From: an archaeon
GTDB taxonomy: Archaea > Nanobdellota > Nanobdellia > Pacearchaeales > GW2011-AR1
Direction of reading: 5' to 3'
Length of the DNA stretch: 64,000 nt
Assembly (NCBI GenBank): GCA_018697295.1
Contig: JABHTJ010000001.1
Coordinates: 66,305 to 130,304, forward strand
This document shows, piece after piece, positions 28,301 through 37,197 of the stretch. The notes below the pieces were generated by a model. It was not told the DNA's origin, did no database searches, and saw only the letters and a list, made by a program, of their open reading frames with translations. The translations under genes and the position numbers were made by a program. Position 1 is the first letter of the stretch. Each line of letters begins with the position of its first letter.

Positions 28301-28789
28301 TTATAATTTTGCTAAAACTCCTGCAATCATTTGTTTTAATTCTGGCTTTAAATGCTCTCCTGCAAGTCTGTCTTCACTTGGAAAAACAGAATCTTTTGCA
28401 TTAATTTCAAGGCCACCATCAATTAATCCTTTAACGGCGCTAAAAACTCTACATCCTTTGCTTGTTCGAGCCATTCCAAGATCAATGATATATTTTCCCT
28501 TACCAAGTTCTTTTGCGAGTAAACGTCCTGTCAAATATCCTGCAGGAATGGATTTTAAACTTCCTCCAGATTTCGCATCCCAACTATTCTTAATCAAATC
28601 TTTTGAAGTTACTGATTTCAAAACAAAGTCTTGTGCTTCTCTAGATTCAACTGCCGATGCGATAAAATATTTGTTAGTTGTACGAATAACTATTCTTTTC
28701 TCTCCAGATTTCAAAAGATTCAAACGCAACTTATAATCAGTCTTGTTCTCTCGTCTTCTTCGCTTAATTGTTCTTTTACTCATTACCAT
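28301..28789 (-). CDS. rpl18p: Ribosomal protein uL18
   Basis: RRRRENKTDYKLRLNLLKSGEKRIVIRTTNKY. Confidence 0.9.
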   Translation of the reverse strand: MVMSKRTIKRRRRENKTDYKLRLNLLKSGEKRIVIRTTNKYFIASAVESREAQDFVLKSVTSKDLIKNSWDAKSGGSLKSIPAGYLTGRLLAKELGKGKYIIDLGMARTSKGCRVFSAVKGLIDGGLEINAKDSVFPSEDRLAGEHLKPELKQMIAGVLAKL

Positions 28790-28790
28790 T

Positions 28791-29192
28791 TTATATTGTG
28801 TCTAAACTCTCCTTTAAATGTCTTTTACTTTTGAATCTTCGAGAACGAATCATCTTTCGAATTTCCTTTTTCTTCTCAGTATCGATTGCCCCAATTCGAA
28901 CCAATCCTCGAACAAATGTTCTAAGTTTTCTTGTAATAATGACATATTCTTGTTTTCGGTTATTTACTCGTTTTTTAACTTTTCCAGTTCTTCTTCTATG
29001 TTTTCTCTTAACAATTTTTTTCCGACCATTAACTTCTTCAATTTGAATCGCGCCACTTTTGTGCAAATCCAAAATATCTTGGCGAGTAATAGCTTCCTTA
29101 ACTTCAGTTAAGTGACCTTCAATAAATCTGATTCTATTCTTTCCGACCTTCAAAACCTTCGCTGCAAGTTCTTTTTTCTTTGCTAGTTGCAT
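28791..29192 (-). CDS. rpl19e: Ribosomal protein eL19
   Basis: KKELAAKVLKVGKNRIRF, RKHRRRTGKVKKR. Confidence 0.9.
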   Translation of the reverse strand: MQLAKKKELAAKVLKVGKNRIRFIEGHLTEVKEAITRQDILDLHKSGAIQIEEVNGRKKIVKRKHRRRTGKVKKRVNNRKQEYVIITRKLRTFVRGLVRIGAIDTEKKKEIRKMIRSRRFKSKRHLKESLDTI

Positions 29193-29193
29193 G

Positions 29194-29595
29194 TTAGTTC
29201 TTAGCCTCCGTTGAAGGTTCCAAATATTTATTTATAATTTCAAATTTCATTTCATTTGCTTTTGCAATAAGCTCTGCTCGTTTCTTTTTCCCAACACTCC
29301 CAATCAAAACTCCCATTCCTTTTTCAACATTCATAAGTTCTTTGATATTCTCAACTCGAACAATATTCATTCCTGCAACTTGTCCTCTGATTGCAGCGTC
29401 ACTACTCCAACCAACTTTTGGTCGTCGAGAATGCCCTTTTCTATTTAATCTAAGTTTATTGTGACGTCCCTTAGCTCCCTTCCATTTACGATTTTTCTTA
29501 ACAGTTCTTCCAAGTCGAATCTTTTTATGCCAATCGTTTCTCAAAAATTTAGGTTTATTTCGCTTCAAAGTTGTAGTTTTCTTTTTAGTTTCCAT
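29194..29595 (-). CDS. rpl32e: Ribosomal protein eL32
   Basis: KFLRNDWHKKIRLGRTVKKNRKWKGAKGRHNK, RRPKVGW. Confidence 0.88.
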   Translation of the reverse strand: METKKKTTTLKRNKPKFLRNDWHKKIRLGRTVKKNRKWKGAKGRHNKLRLNRKGHSRRPKVGWSSDAAIRGQVAGMNIVRVENIKELMNVEKGMGVLIGSVGKKKRAELIAKANEMKFEIINKYLEPSTEAKN

Positions 29596-29597
29596 CT

Positions 29598-30140
29598 TTA
29601 AATTTTTCTCCCTGGCTTTTCAGTAATATAAATTCCGTCTTGGAAAATTCGACGATCTCGCCCAGTTAATCGAGTTGCTTTTTCTAAATTCGCTGCAGTT
29701 TGCCCAGCAGATTCAACATTGTGAGAGGTAACTGTAATAACACTTCCCTTAATATCTACTTTAGAATCTTTACAAATCTTTGAAATTCTCTTCGTTGTTT
29801 CTCCCAAAAAAGATTTAATAATTATTTTATCGCCTTCTGCTTTAACATTCATTGGAAAGTGAACGTTAGCAATTTCTAATATATAGGTAAAATCTTCGTT
29901 AAGTCCTTTAATCATATTTGTAACATGTGCAGAGATTGTTCCCATCATCTTTGCTTCTCTTCGAGTTGCATTATTTGAAACAATCTTAAAATTTGAACCC
30001 TCAACACTAGCCAAAATTTTGTGCATATTAAATTTTCGAGTAACTTCCTTTCCATTACCTTTTACAGTAACTTCATTTTCATTTACAGTAATACTAACGC
30101 CTTCTGGAATTTCAACAACTCGTTCTAAATTTTTATTCAT
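29598..30140 (-). CDS. rpl6p: Ribosomal protein uL6
   Basis: VEIPEGVSITVNENEVTVKGNGKEVTRKF. The start was moved to the ATG at 30140, which abuts the uS8 stop. Confidence 0.88.
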   Translation of the reverse strand: MNKNLERVVEIPEGVSITVNENEVTVKGNGKEVTRKFNMHKILASVEGSNFKIVSNNATRREAKMMGTISAHVTNMIKGLNEDFTYILEIANVHFPMNVKAEGDKIIIKSFLGETTKRISKICKDSKVDIKGSVITVTSHNVESAGQTAANLEKATRLTGRDRRIFQDGIYITEKPGRKI

Positions 30141-30141
30141 T

Positions 30142-30519
30142 TTAATAGAAATAAGCAATAATGCTTCCTCCAAGATTTTGTTTAACTGATTCTTTTGAAT
30201 CCATAAGTCCCTTATTTGTTGAGATAACTAATGTTCCAAATTTTCTTGATGGTAAAAATCGTCGAAGGTATCTGTCAATTCCAGCAACATCAACATTATA
30301 TCTTGGCTTTACTGCTCGGCACAAATTTATTTTCTTAATTGTCACAGTTACAGTTTTCTCTTCCTCATTAACTACATAATCAATATGTCCTCGCTCCTTC
30401 ATCATTTCAAACAAGTTAAGTAAAACTTTAGAGTACCGTCTAATCAAGACTTCTCGTTTTTCAACTCGTCTAATGTTCATGATTTGATTCAATCCGTCTG
30501 CTACTATATCTTGTCCCAT
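30142..30519 (-). CDS. rps8p: Ribosomal protein uS8
   Basis: DIVADGLNQIMNIRRVEKREV. The start was moved to the ATG at 30519, which abuts the uS14 stop. Confidence 0.88.
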   Translation of the reverse strand: MGQDIVADGLNQIMNIRRVEKREVLIRRYSKVLLNLFEMMKERGHIDYVVNEEEKTVTVTIKKINLCRAVKPRYNVDVAGIDRYLRRFLPSRKFGTLVISTNKGLMDSKESVKQNLGGSIIAYFY

Positions 30520-30520
30520 A

Positions 30521-30751
30521 TTAACTGTATTTTTTGAAGCCGAGTTCAACTGCTAATTCTCTAAAGCAGTGTCGGCATAAATTTAAATTATATGATGAAA
30601 TGTGAGATCCGTGTCGACCACATACTTCGCATTTTTGAGCTGCAACTCCAAAAGCTCTTGCTTTAGGCTTGTTGTGTTTTAAAAACTTTTTTAAAATCGC
30701 TGGTTTATTCCGAAGTTGTTTAGTTATCTTTCTCCAATCACTCGCTGTCAT
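30521..30751 (-). CDS. rps14p: Ribosomal protein uS14 (zinc-ribbon type)
   Basis: CEVCGRHGSHISSYNLNLCRHCFRELA. Confidence 0.88.
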   Translation of the reverse strand: MTASDWRKITKQLRNKPAILKKFLKHNKPKARAFGVAAQKCEVCGRHGSHISSYNLNLCRHCFRELAVELGFKKYS

Positions 30752-31316
30752 CTTCTAGTTCTCCATGTTTAATTTTTCTCAATATTTCTGTTTTAAATTC
30801 AGCTTGTAAATATTTTTCAATTTCTTCTCGTGTTACTGTTAATCGTCGTGCTTTTCCACGTTTTACTTTCTTCTTCTCAACAGATTTTCCTGCTCGAGTA
30901 AATACAACTGTAACTTCGAATCCCATAATTCCAACTTCCCGAATATATTCGACTCCAGGAATTTCGATATATTCGTGGATTCCAAATGAAAAACAATTAT
31001 TTTGAATTTGTTTTTCTTTCAAAGTATTATCAATCGCAGGAAGCAATTTCTTAATCATATCAAGAGCATCATTTCCCCTAAGAGTTACTTTAGTTCCTAC
31101 TTCAAGTCCTGGTCGAACATTCCACGTTGGAATTCTCTTCGTCGCTTTTACGATTACTGGCTTTTTTCCACTTAATGTTTTAAGCAAAATAACTCCCTTT
31201 TCAAGTTTATCTGCAACCCCACCAATATTCAAAATAACTTTTTCAAGTTTAATGTCTCTCATAACATTTTTTCCATTTTGTTTTGTTTCCATTTTTTGTT
31301 CCATTGTATTATGCAA
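30738..31316 (-). CDS. rpl5p: Ribosomal protein uL5
   Basis: NVMRDIKLEKVILNIGGV. The true start may be a downstream ATG (31304 or 31292). Confidence 0.88.
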   Translation of the reverse strand: MHNTMEQKMETKQNGKNVMRDIKLEKVILNIGGVADKLEKGVILLKTLSGKKPVIVKATKRIPTWNVRPGLEVGTKVTLRGNDALDMIKKLLPAIDNTLKEKQIQNNCFSFGIHEYIEIPGVEYIREVGIMGFEVTVVFTRAGKSVEKKKVKRGKARRLTVTREEIEKYLQAEFKTEILRKIKHGELEDDSE

Positions 31317-31965
31317 TCACCAAGATCGTCTTGTAAGGAAGACTTACTTCAGATTTCTCCAATTTAACAATATAATTTTTTCCTCGAGTAAGTTCTTCAA
31401 AACCAACTAACTTTCCTTTCTCACCTGCGTGCTTTCCAAGTATAACTTCAATTTTTGCATCTTTTTTCAAAGGTAGAACTGAATCAACTTTTCCAGTCTT
31501 TGTATTCAAAATAACTGAGTCTCCAACAGAAAATGCTTTGGTAAAAAGAATGTTTTGTCCATCATCTAAATTCATTTGAACTTTCCCTTTGCCGATAATC
31601 GTCTTTCCAGTAATCTTAACAATCTTTGTTTCAGCTTCCTTTGCACTAATTTCTTGCAAGCTATATTTTTTATTAACAATTTCTAATCGGTAATTGAGAT
31701 TTGCTTTTTCCAAGTTAATACTATCAAATACTTGAAGGGGGAAATTCTCATCAGCTCTAATTTGATTATTAACTTTAACAAGACCATTAAGTGTCATGTA
31801 TCGAACTTCTTTTCTTGTTCGTGCAAGTTTCAAAATATCTCGAAGAACAAAAAGTAATGAAATTCCTTTTGAAGTTGCATGGCTAGGAACAGCTACATAC
31901 TGTTTTCCCTGGGGCTTTCGCGGAATTGGCCAAGCTCTCGGCATTGTATATTTTTTAATATGCAT
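31309..31965 (-). CDS. rps4e: Ribosomal protein eS4
   Basis: MPRAWPIPRK, LRDILKLARTRKEVRYMTLNGLVKVNNQIRADENFPLQVFD. Confidence 0.9.
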   Translation of the reverse strand: MHIKKYTMPRAWPIPRKPQGKQYVAVPSHATSKGISLLFVLRDILKLARTRKEVRYMTLNGLVKVNNQIRADENFPLQVFDSINLEKANLNYRLEIVNKKYSLQEISAKEAETKIVKITGKTIIGKGKVQMNLDDGQNILFTKAFSVGDSVILNTKTGKVDSVLPLKKDAKIEVILGKHAGEKGKLVGFEELTRGKNYIVKLEKSEVSLPYKTILVIA

Positions 31966-31966
31966 T

Positions 31967-32425
31967 TTATTTTTTCTCCATTTTATTTTCTTTAGTTTCC
32001 TTTTTCACTTCTGCTTTTTCTTTCTTAGGCTCTTCTACTTTCACCGGTTTCTTTTTTAAATTCTTCATTCGTCGAGAATCGTCTTCATATAAACCAACAA
32101 TTTTTACATTAGATGGATTAAACCAAGTTTCTAATTTTTCTCCGCCTTTCTTAGCTCTCTGTAAGCCATCAATTTGAATTCGTGTATGTGTAACATCTAC
32201 AACTCCTACCTTTCCAAGTTTCTTTGCAAATTTTCCCCGCATAACCTTTACTTCGTCACCTTTTCTAACTTCAATACTTCTTCGACCATATTTTTCTCGA
32301 AGAGGTTTGTCGAGTGGGGCAGCCATAAACTTTCGTTTAATATGGTTTGGAGCATTCGCCCTAAACTTCACTTGCTTTCGAGGTTGTACGCTCGAATTCC
32401 ACGATTTATTAAATTTTGATTTCAT
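31967..32425 (-). CDS. rpl24p: Ribosomal protein uL24 with K/E-rich C-terminal tail
   Basis: KOW motif VRKGDEVKVMRGKFAKKLGKV. The start was moved to the ATG at 32425, which abuts the uL14 stop. Confidence 0.88.
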   Translation of the reverse strand: MKSKFNKSWNSSVQPRKQVKFRANAPNHIKRKFMAAPLDKPLREKYGRRSIEVRKGDEVKVMRGKFAKKLGKVGVVDVTHTRIQIDGLQRAKKGGEKLETWFNPSNVKIVGLYEDDSRRMKNLKKKPVKVEEPKKEKAEVKKETKENKMEKK

Positions 32426-32426
32426 A

Positions 32427-32828
32427 TTAATATACTGTACTTGCGATTTTCGCAACCTCCTTCCATCGTTCTTGAACTTCTCGTGCAACGGCACCTTTAA
32501 TTTGAGTTCCTTTCGGATTTCCCTTTTCATCTTTTAGTAATGCTACTGCGTTGTCTGAAAAACAAACTCTCTCTCCAGTATTCCTTCTCCACGGCTTTCT
32601 TTGACGGACCAAAATAGCATCGAAAACTTCACCTTTCATCTTCGGATCTCCCTTCCTAACAGAAACTTTAACCCAATCAGCGATTTTCGCATATCCTTGA
32701 CGACCTTTTTTTGTTTTACCATGTTTAATAGAAACAATTCTGCAAATTCGAGCTCCACTATTGTCACAAGCTTCCAAAAGACTTCCAATATTAAGACTTC
32801 GTGTAGGTCTTCCACTTACTGCTTTCAT
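32427..32828 (-). CDS. rpl14p: Ribosomal protein uL14
   Basis: LEACDNSGARICRIVSI, VRQRKPWRR. Confidence 0.92.
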   Translation of the reverse strand: MKAVSGRPTRSLNIGSLLEACDNSGARICRIVSIKHGKTKKGRQGYAKIADWVKVSVRKGDPKMKGEVFDAILVRQRKPWRRNTGERVCFSDNAVALLKDEKGNPKGTQIKGAVAREVQERWKEVAKIASTVY

Positions 32829-33172
32829 TGTTTAGCCCCCTTAACTTCTGCAGTTTTTACAATCTTAGAAACCATGAAATGAATAGTCTTGCTAATCGGC
32901 CTTGTTTCTGCAATTTGAATTCTATCTCCAATAGCAACAGAATCCGCCATGCAATCTGGAAGTCGTGCATGAAGTTTTGTTCTTCGTTTTTCATATCGTT
33001 CATATTTTGCAAGTTTCATCATTCTTTCAAATTGAATAGTTACTCGTCCCGGAAGTTTTCTAATAACTTCTCCTTCAAATGTTCGTCCACGTAATTTCGC
33101 CTTATCGCTTCCATGAATAAAACAATGTTTATCCTTACATTCTGTCTTTGTTGTTGTTTGTTTTTTTACCAT
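32825..33172 (-). CDS. rps17p: Ribosomal protein uS17
   Basis: RGRTFEGEVIRKLPGRVTIQFERMMKLAKYERYEKRRTKLHA. Confidence 0.9.
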   Translation of the reverse strand: MVKKQTTTKTECKDKHCFIHGSDKAKLRGRTFEGEVIRKLPGRVTIQFERMMKLAKYERYEKRRTKLHARLPDCMADSVAIGDRIQIAETRPISKTIHFMVSKIVKTAEVKGAKQ

Positions 33173-33173
33173 A

Positions 33174-33473
33174 TTATTCGTTTATGTGTTCTCCGCTGAA
33201 TCCTAGTGAAACCAAAATCGCCTTGATGTGGCCTCTGTGATTTCCTTGAAGTTCAACAGTTTTATTTTTGAAGGTTCCTCCGCAAGCTCGTTTTGCTTTG
33301 AGTTGCTTAGCAATATCTTTGATATCGACACCGTCGTCAAATCCACTAATGATTGTAGATACTTTTCCAAATCGCCTTTTTTCCGTCGTGACGTCTATTA
33401 CCTGAGAAGTTTTCGCAATTTCTCCACAGACACACGCCGGCGTGGGAAGGCCACATTTTGGACAAATATCCAC
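33174..33473 (-). CDS. sui1: Translation initiation factor aIF1 (SUI1)
   Basis: N-terminal CPKCGLPTPACVCGE, then RRFGKVSTIISGF and GGTFKNKTVELQGNHRGHI. Confidence 0.88.
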   Translation of the reverse strand: MDICPKCGLPTPACVCGEIAKTSQVIDVTTEKRRFGKVSTIISGFDDGVDIKDIAKQLKAKRACGGTFKNKTVELQGNHRGHIKAILVSLGFSGEHINE

Positions 33474-33474
33474 T

Positions 33475-33690
33475 TTATTTTTGTTCTCCGGATTTAGTTT
33501 TTTGTTTCATTGTTAAAAGTCGCGCGATTTCCTTTTTAATGTTTTTTCTTTTCTGAGTATGCTTTAATAATTCAATTTTAAGCTCAATTATTTTTTTATC
33601 AGTATTTTTATCTGTAGCTACAGCTTTCTTTTCAACTTTCTTAGCGCTTTTTTTCTCTTTCAAATCTTGTGTTTTTATTTTTTCTACCAT
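33475..33690 (-). CDS. rpl29p: Ribosomal protein uL29
   Basis: 71-aa helical K-rich protein (ELKIELLKHTQKRKNIKKEIARLLT) between uS3 and SUI1/uS17. Confidence 0.8.
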   Translation of the reverse strand: MVEKIKTQDLKEKKSAKKVEKKAVATDKNTDKKIIELKIELLKHTQKRKNIKKEIARLLTMKQKTKSGEQK

Positions 33691-33691
33691 A

Positions 33692-34393
33692 TTATTCTTT
33701 CTTCACCACTTTTTTAGCAACTTTCTTTCGAGTTTTCTTTTTCTTCACAACTTCCTTTGCTTCTTCAAATGATGCATTTTTCTTAACAGCTTCCATAAAT
33801 TCATCGTCGATAGTTATCTGGTCATGAACTTTTACATGTGGTGCTAAAATTGCAACTTTAATTCCTACAACTCCTTGCTTTGTTTGAGCAACAGATTCTG
33901 CCCGGTCCACTACATTTGACGAATCTCCTGTTTTCTTCAAATAACCAAATGCAAATCTCCAACTTCGTGCTCGATCACTTGGCAACTTTCCACTAACTCG
34001 TAGTTCTGCTCCAAGGGCACCAGCATTCTTAATTCTTCCAAGAGAACGATAACTAGAAGCCTTATATTTCATAGCCCCAAATCTTTCAAGAGTTAACGCA
34101 ATGTCATCTGCAACTAATTGAGCATCAAATTCTGGGCGTGTAATTTCTTCAATATCTACATGAGGATTTTCCATCTTAAATTTCTTTTTCAAAACTTCTG
34201 TAAGCTCAGCTATTTTTTCTCCTTTCTTTCCAATAATCCACCCAGGTTTATGGGTAGCGACGATAATTTTCTCTCCAACAGGAGTATATTCAATTTTAAT
34301 TTTTGAAATTTTTCCTTTTCCAAACATTCGCTTTACAAACTGTTTAATGTTATATTCATCTTTTCTAACGCCAACAAATACTTTTTCTTCCAT
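33692..34393 (-). CDS. rps3p: Ribosomal protein uS3
   Basis: KH domain IIVATHKPGWIIGKKGEKIAELTEVLKKKF, LGAELRVSGKL and a K-rich tail. Confidence 0.92.
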   Translation of the reverse strand: MEEKVFVGVRKDEYNIKQFVKRMFGKGKISKIKIEYTPVGEKIIVATHKPGWIIGKKGEKIAELTEVLKKKFKMENPHVDIEEITRPEFDAQLVADDIALTLERFGAMKYKASSYRSLGRIKNAGALGAELRVSGKLPSDRARSWRFAFGYLKKTGDSSNVVDRAESVAQTKQGVVGIKVAILAPHVKVHDQITIDDEFMEAVKKNASFEEAKEVVKKKKTRKKVAKKVVKKE

Positions 34394-35019
34394 TATTTTT
34401 TCGCTCCTAGCTTGGTCTTTCCACGTTTAGTTTTTTTCTTACCTAAAAGAAATTCTTTCCTACTTCTAACCTCTAAATAAATATGTGTCCTTTTAGCCTT
34501 TCGCCCACCTCGCCTTTGTGGAGCAGAAGCCTGATTACTTTTTGCAATAACAATAACTGGATCTTCAATTTCATTAACGATAGCATTTGCACCAACCTGC
34601 TTTACGACTTCAATAATTGCAATGCATGCATTACGTGGATATTTTCCTCCACTCATTCCCTTTCCTTTTTTATGTCCTACTTCAAGCCCAGACATTGGAA
34701 TTGCCCGCTTCATCGAAACAACGTCTTCAAGACGCTTAACTGCATTCTCTGGACTCTTTCCCATAAGAACCTTGCAAATAAAAATCGAATATTTTGGGGA
34801 AATCTTCAACGAATACCCGTTAGCAATCGCGAAATCTTTAGTAACCTTTTTCTCAACTTTCTTTTTAGTAGAAGATTCTTTCTTTGTATCTTCTAAGTCT
34901 TTACTAACTTCTTTAGAAACTTCTGTTTTAGCCTCGCTAGTTTCAATTTTCCCCTCAGTTTTTTTCTCAGATTCTTTAGTCTCAATTTTCCCTTCAGTTT
35001 TCTTTATTTCGTCTACCAT
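34393..35019 (-). CDS. rpl22p: Ribosomal protein uL22 with ~60-aa K/E/T-rich N-terminal extension
   Basis: Core LKISPKYSIFICKVLMGKSPENAVKRLEDV. The N-terminus contains a duplicated KKTEGKIET unit. Confidence 0.88.
   Translation of the reverse strand: MVDEIKKTEGKIETKESEKKTEGKIETSEAKTEVSKEVSKDLEDTKKESSTKKKVEKKVTKDFAIANGYSLKISPKYSIFICKVLMGKSPENAVKRLEDVVSMKRAIPMSGLEVGHKKGKGMSGGKYPRNACIAIIEVVKQVGANAIVNEIEDPVIVIAKSNQASAPQRRGGRKAKRTHIYLEVRSRKEFLLGKKKTKRGKTKLGAKK
34939..35004 (-). repeat. In-frame 39-nt tandem-type duplication inside the uL22 N-terminal extension
   Basis: agtttcaattttcccctcagttttttt and agtctcaattttcccttcagttttctt lie 39 nt apart. They encode KKTEGKIET twice. Confidence 0.7.
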
Positions 35020-35414
35020 TATTTCTTAGTCCTCTTCGTCGCCCCAAATCCGACAGAAGTATGTTTAGCTATCTTCCTAGTTTGGGCAAATTCTCCAAGT
35101 CTATGACCAAGCATTTGTTCAGTAATTACAACTTTCAAAAATTCTTTTCCATTATATACATTAATCGTCATTCCAAGAAGTGCAGGAACAATTACAAGTG
35201 CTCGGTGATGAGTTTTAATAGATTTGTTCTTTGCAACTTTTACATTACATCTCTTCACGAATTGTTCAATAACATCATAATTTCGAAGAATCGCTCGACG
35301 TGGACGAGATTTAACCAATTTAGCAAACTCTCGAGTATCATAATTTTTCAATTCATCAATGTTAATTCCTCGATAAAATTTCTCTTTACTTTTCTTTACT
35401 AATCCTTCTGCCAT
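35019..35414 (-). CDS. rps19p: Ribosomal protein uS19
   Basis: FYRGINIDEL, RPRRAILR, GHRLGEFAQTR. Confidence 0.92.
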   Translation of the reverse strand: MAEGLVKKSKEKFYRGINIDELKNYDTREFAKLVKSRPRRAILRNYDVIEQFVKRCNVKVAKNKSIKTHHRALVIVPALLGMTINVYNGKEFLKVVITEQMLGHRLGEFAQTRKIAKHTSVGFGATKRTKK

Positions 35415-35453
35415 TTTATTGTTATTTAGATTAATGGTGCTCTTTGAGCGACA

Positions 35454-36152
35454 TTATCTTTTCTTCCTCCCTGTTCTGCTAGGCCTTAAATGACCGACCT
35501 TTTTACCAGGTGACGCATTTCGTTTAGCAATTTTACTTTTAATATTTTTACTTCGACCACTTCCAAATGGGTGGTCAATAGCATTCATTTTAACTGCTGA
35601 AACAATTGGCCATAATTTCGATTTCGATTTCATCATAAAAAATTTCTTCCCGGCTTTCAAAATTGGTTTATCCATCCTTCCAGTTCCTGCAGCTCTTCCA
35701 ATTGTAGCACGACAATCAACTGCGAACTTTTTCTCTTTTTTAGATGGCATCATAACTTTAACCATTCCTTTTTCCTGACCAACAATTGTCGCAAAATTTC
35801 CACCTGTTCGAACAAACTTTCCACCATCTTTTGGATTATGTTCAACATTAAAAATCTCAGTTCCATTTTTCAAATCTCCAATTTTGGAAACATCTCCAGA
35901 TTTCTTTCCTCCAAAAGATATCTTTTGTCCAACATAAAGAAGATTTGCAGCAAAGTTATTGAAAATTTTCCCTTCTTTATTCATTAATTTTGCAATCGGA
36001 ACAGAGTGTCCAACTGAAGAAATTAATCTGATAACTTCCCATTCTCCTTCAAGGTTTGAAGCATATCCTGGCCGAACTAATGATGCCTTTTTTCGAACCT
36101 TGTAAGTATGGCTTCCCTTTCCTCGTCGCTGTTGTATAATTCTCTTTCCCAT
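35454..36152 (-). CDS. rpl2p: Ribosomal protein uL2
   Basis: GKRIIQQRRGKGS, MNAIDHPFGSGRSKN, PGKKVGHL. Confidence 0.92.
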   Translation of the reverse strand: MGKRIIQQRRGKGSHTYKVRKKASLVRPGYASNLEGEWEVIRLISSVGHSVPIAKLMNKEGKIFNNFAANLLYVGQKISFGGKKSGDVSKIGDLKNGTEIFNVEHNPKDGGKFVRTGGNFATIVGQEKGMVKVMMPSKKEKKFAVDCRATIGRAAGTGRMDKPILKAGKKFFMMKSKSKLWPIVSAVKMNAIDHPFGSGRSKNIKSKIAKRNASPGKKVGHLRPSRTGRKKR

Positions 36153-36409
36153 TACATTAATCCTAATTTGGTTGCAACATCTGCTGCAACAAATTCTGGT
36201 TTTAATTTAACATATGCTACCTTTTTATTTTTGAGTGTGTGTGTCCTAACCTTTGCAACTTCAACATCAAATAAAAGTTCAACTTCTGCCTTCACTTGAG
36301 ATTTCTTAATTGCTCTATCAACGACAAAAACTAAAATATTTTCAGCTTCAATTTGCCTAACAATCTTTTCACTTGACTTTATCTTCTCCAAAATTACTTC
36401 TCCAGCCAT
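36152..36409 (-). CDS. rpl23p: Ribosomal protein uL23
   Basis: ENILVFVVDRAIKKSQVKAEVELLFDVEVAKVRT. The start was moved to the ATG at 36409, which abuts the uL4 stop. Confidence 0.85.
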   Translation of the reverse strand: MAGEVILEKIKSSEKIVRQIEAENILVFVVDRAIKKSQVKAEVELLFDVEVAKVRTHTLKNKKVAYVKLKPEFVAADVATKLGLM

Positions 36410-36410
36410 T

Positions 36411-37196
36411 TTATTTAAATCGTACCTCAATATCTTTAATTGCTTGTTCAGTATAACATGTAATTCGTCCAGGCTCTCCATTTGGAGATAAATCTTTGAT
36501 TGCAATATCTTTAACTGATACAACTTCAATTCCACTTCGCTTCATTTTTTCATCGTTTCCGATAACAAACAATAGTCCGGCATTGGATCGATATTTTCGT
36601 CCACGCATTTTTCCAATTCCTGCTCGAATAGTCTTTTTCTTAAGAACTCGAGACCATGAATCGCCAAAAACTAATTTTAATGTAGCCAAAAATTCTTTCG
36701 TCTTTGATTCTAAAATGCTTGAATCGAATACAAATCCTGAAGATAACTTTACACTATGTTTTTTCTCTAAAGAAATTGAATCCATAGTTCCAGCAAGAGC
36801 AGAATTAAATGCAATCAATAATTCTTTCTTATTAATTTTTTTAAATAAATTTTTCTCAGATCTCGGTGCATGAGGTCGTCGTCCACCACGAGTATTTGAA
36901 ACAGTAGCCCCAATCCAATTAAAACTTGAACCGTGTCGAGACATAACTTTTCGAGGGACTCTAGATATTCCTTTACCGTATGAAGCCTTCCAATCATGTC
37001 GCTTTTTCTTAATAATCCCGGAAGCAGAATATTGAGCTCCAGCACCCTCTTTAGCACCGTACGCTTGCATATGAACTCCTTTTTGAGCCTCATAAACACG
37101 AGCTAAAATATCTGCACGAATCATAGAAGAAAAATTCTTAGGTAATTTCATAGAACCTTTTTCTTTTCCAGTTTTATCAAGTATTTTTTGTTCCAT
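36411..37196 (-). CDS. rpl4p: Ribosomal protein uL4
   Basis: GRRPHAPRSEK, RAGIGKMRGRKYR and operon position. Confidence 0.9.
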   Translation of the reverse strand: MEQKILDKTGKEKGSMKLPKNFSSMIRADILARVYEAQKGVHMQAYGAKEGAGAQYSASGIIKKKRHDWKASYGKGISRVPRKVMSRHGSSFNWIGATVSNTRGGRRPHAPRSEKNLFKKINKKELLIAFNSALAGTMDSISLEKKHSVKLSSGFVFDSSILESKTKEFLATLKLVFGDSWSRVLKKKTIRAGIGKMRGRKYRSNAGLLFVIGNDEKMKRSGIEVVSVKDIAIKDLSPNGEPGRITCYTEQAIKDIEVRFK

Positions 37197-37197
37197 A

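Noticed and set aside
27941-28306. 121-aa and neighbouring ORFs antisense to, or alternate-frame within, uS5
   Set aside because: The S/F-rich translations mirror the E/K-rich N-terminal extension of uS5 and have no independent signals.
34939-35004. Two ~27-nt direct repeats 39 nt apart, checked as a possible mini-CRISPR
   Set aside because: There are only two copies. They are in frame inside uL22 and encode a duplicated peptide, and no cas genes or further repeats are present.
34483-35029. 137-aa and 135-aa plus-strand ORFs opposite uL22
   Set aside because: These are shadow ORFs of a recognisable r-protein gene within a tightly coupled operon.
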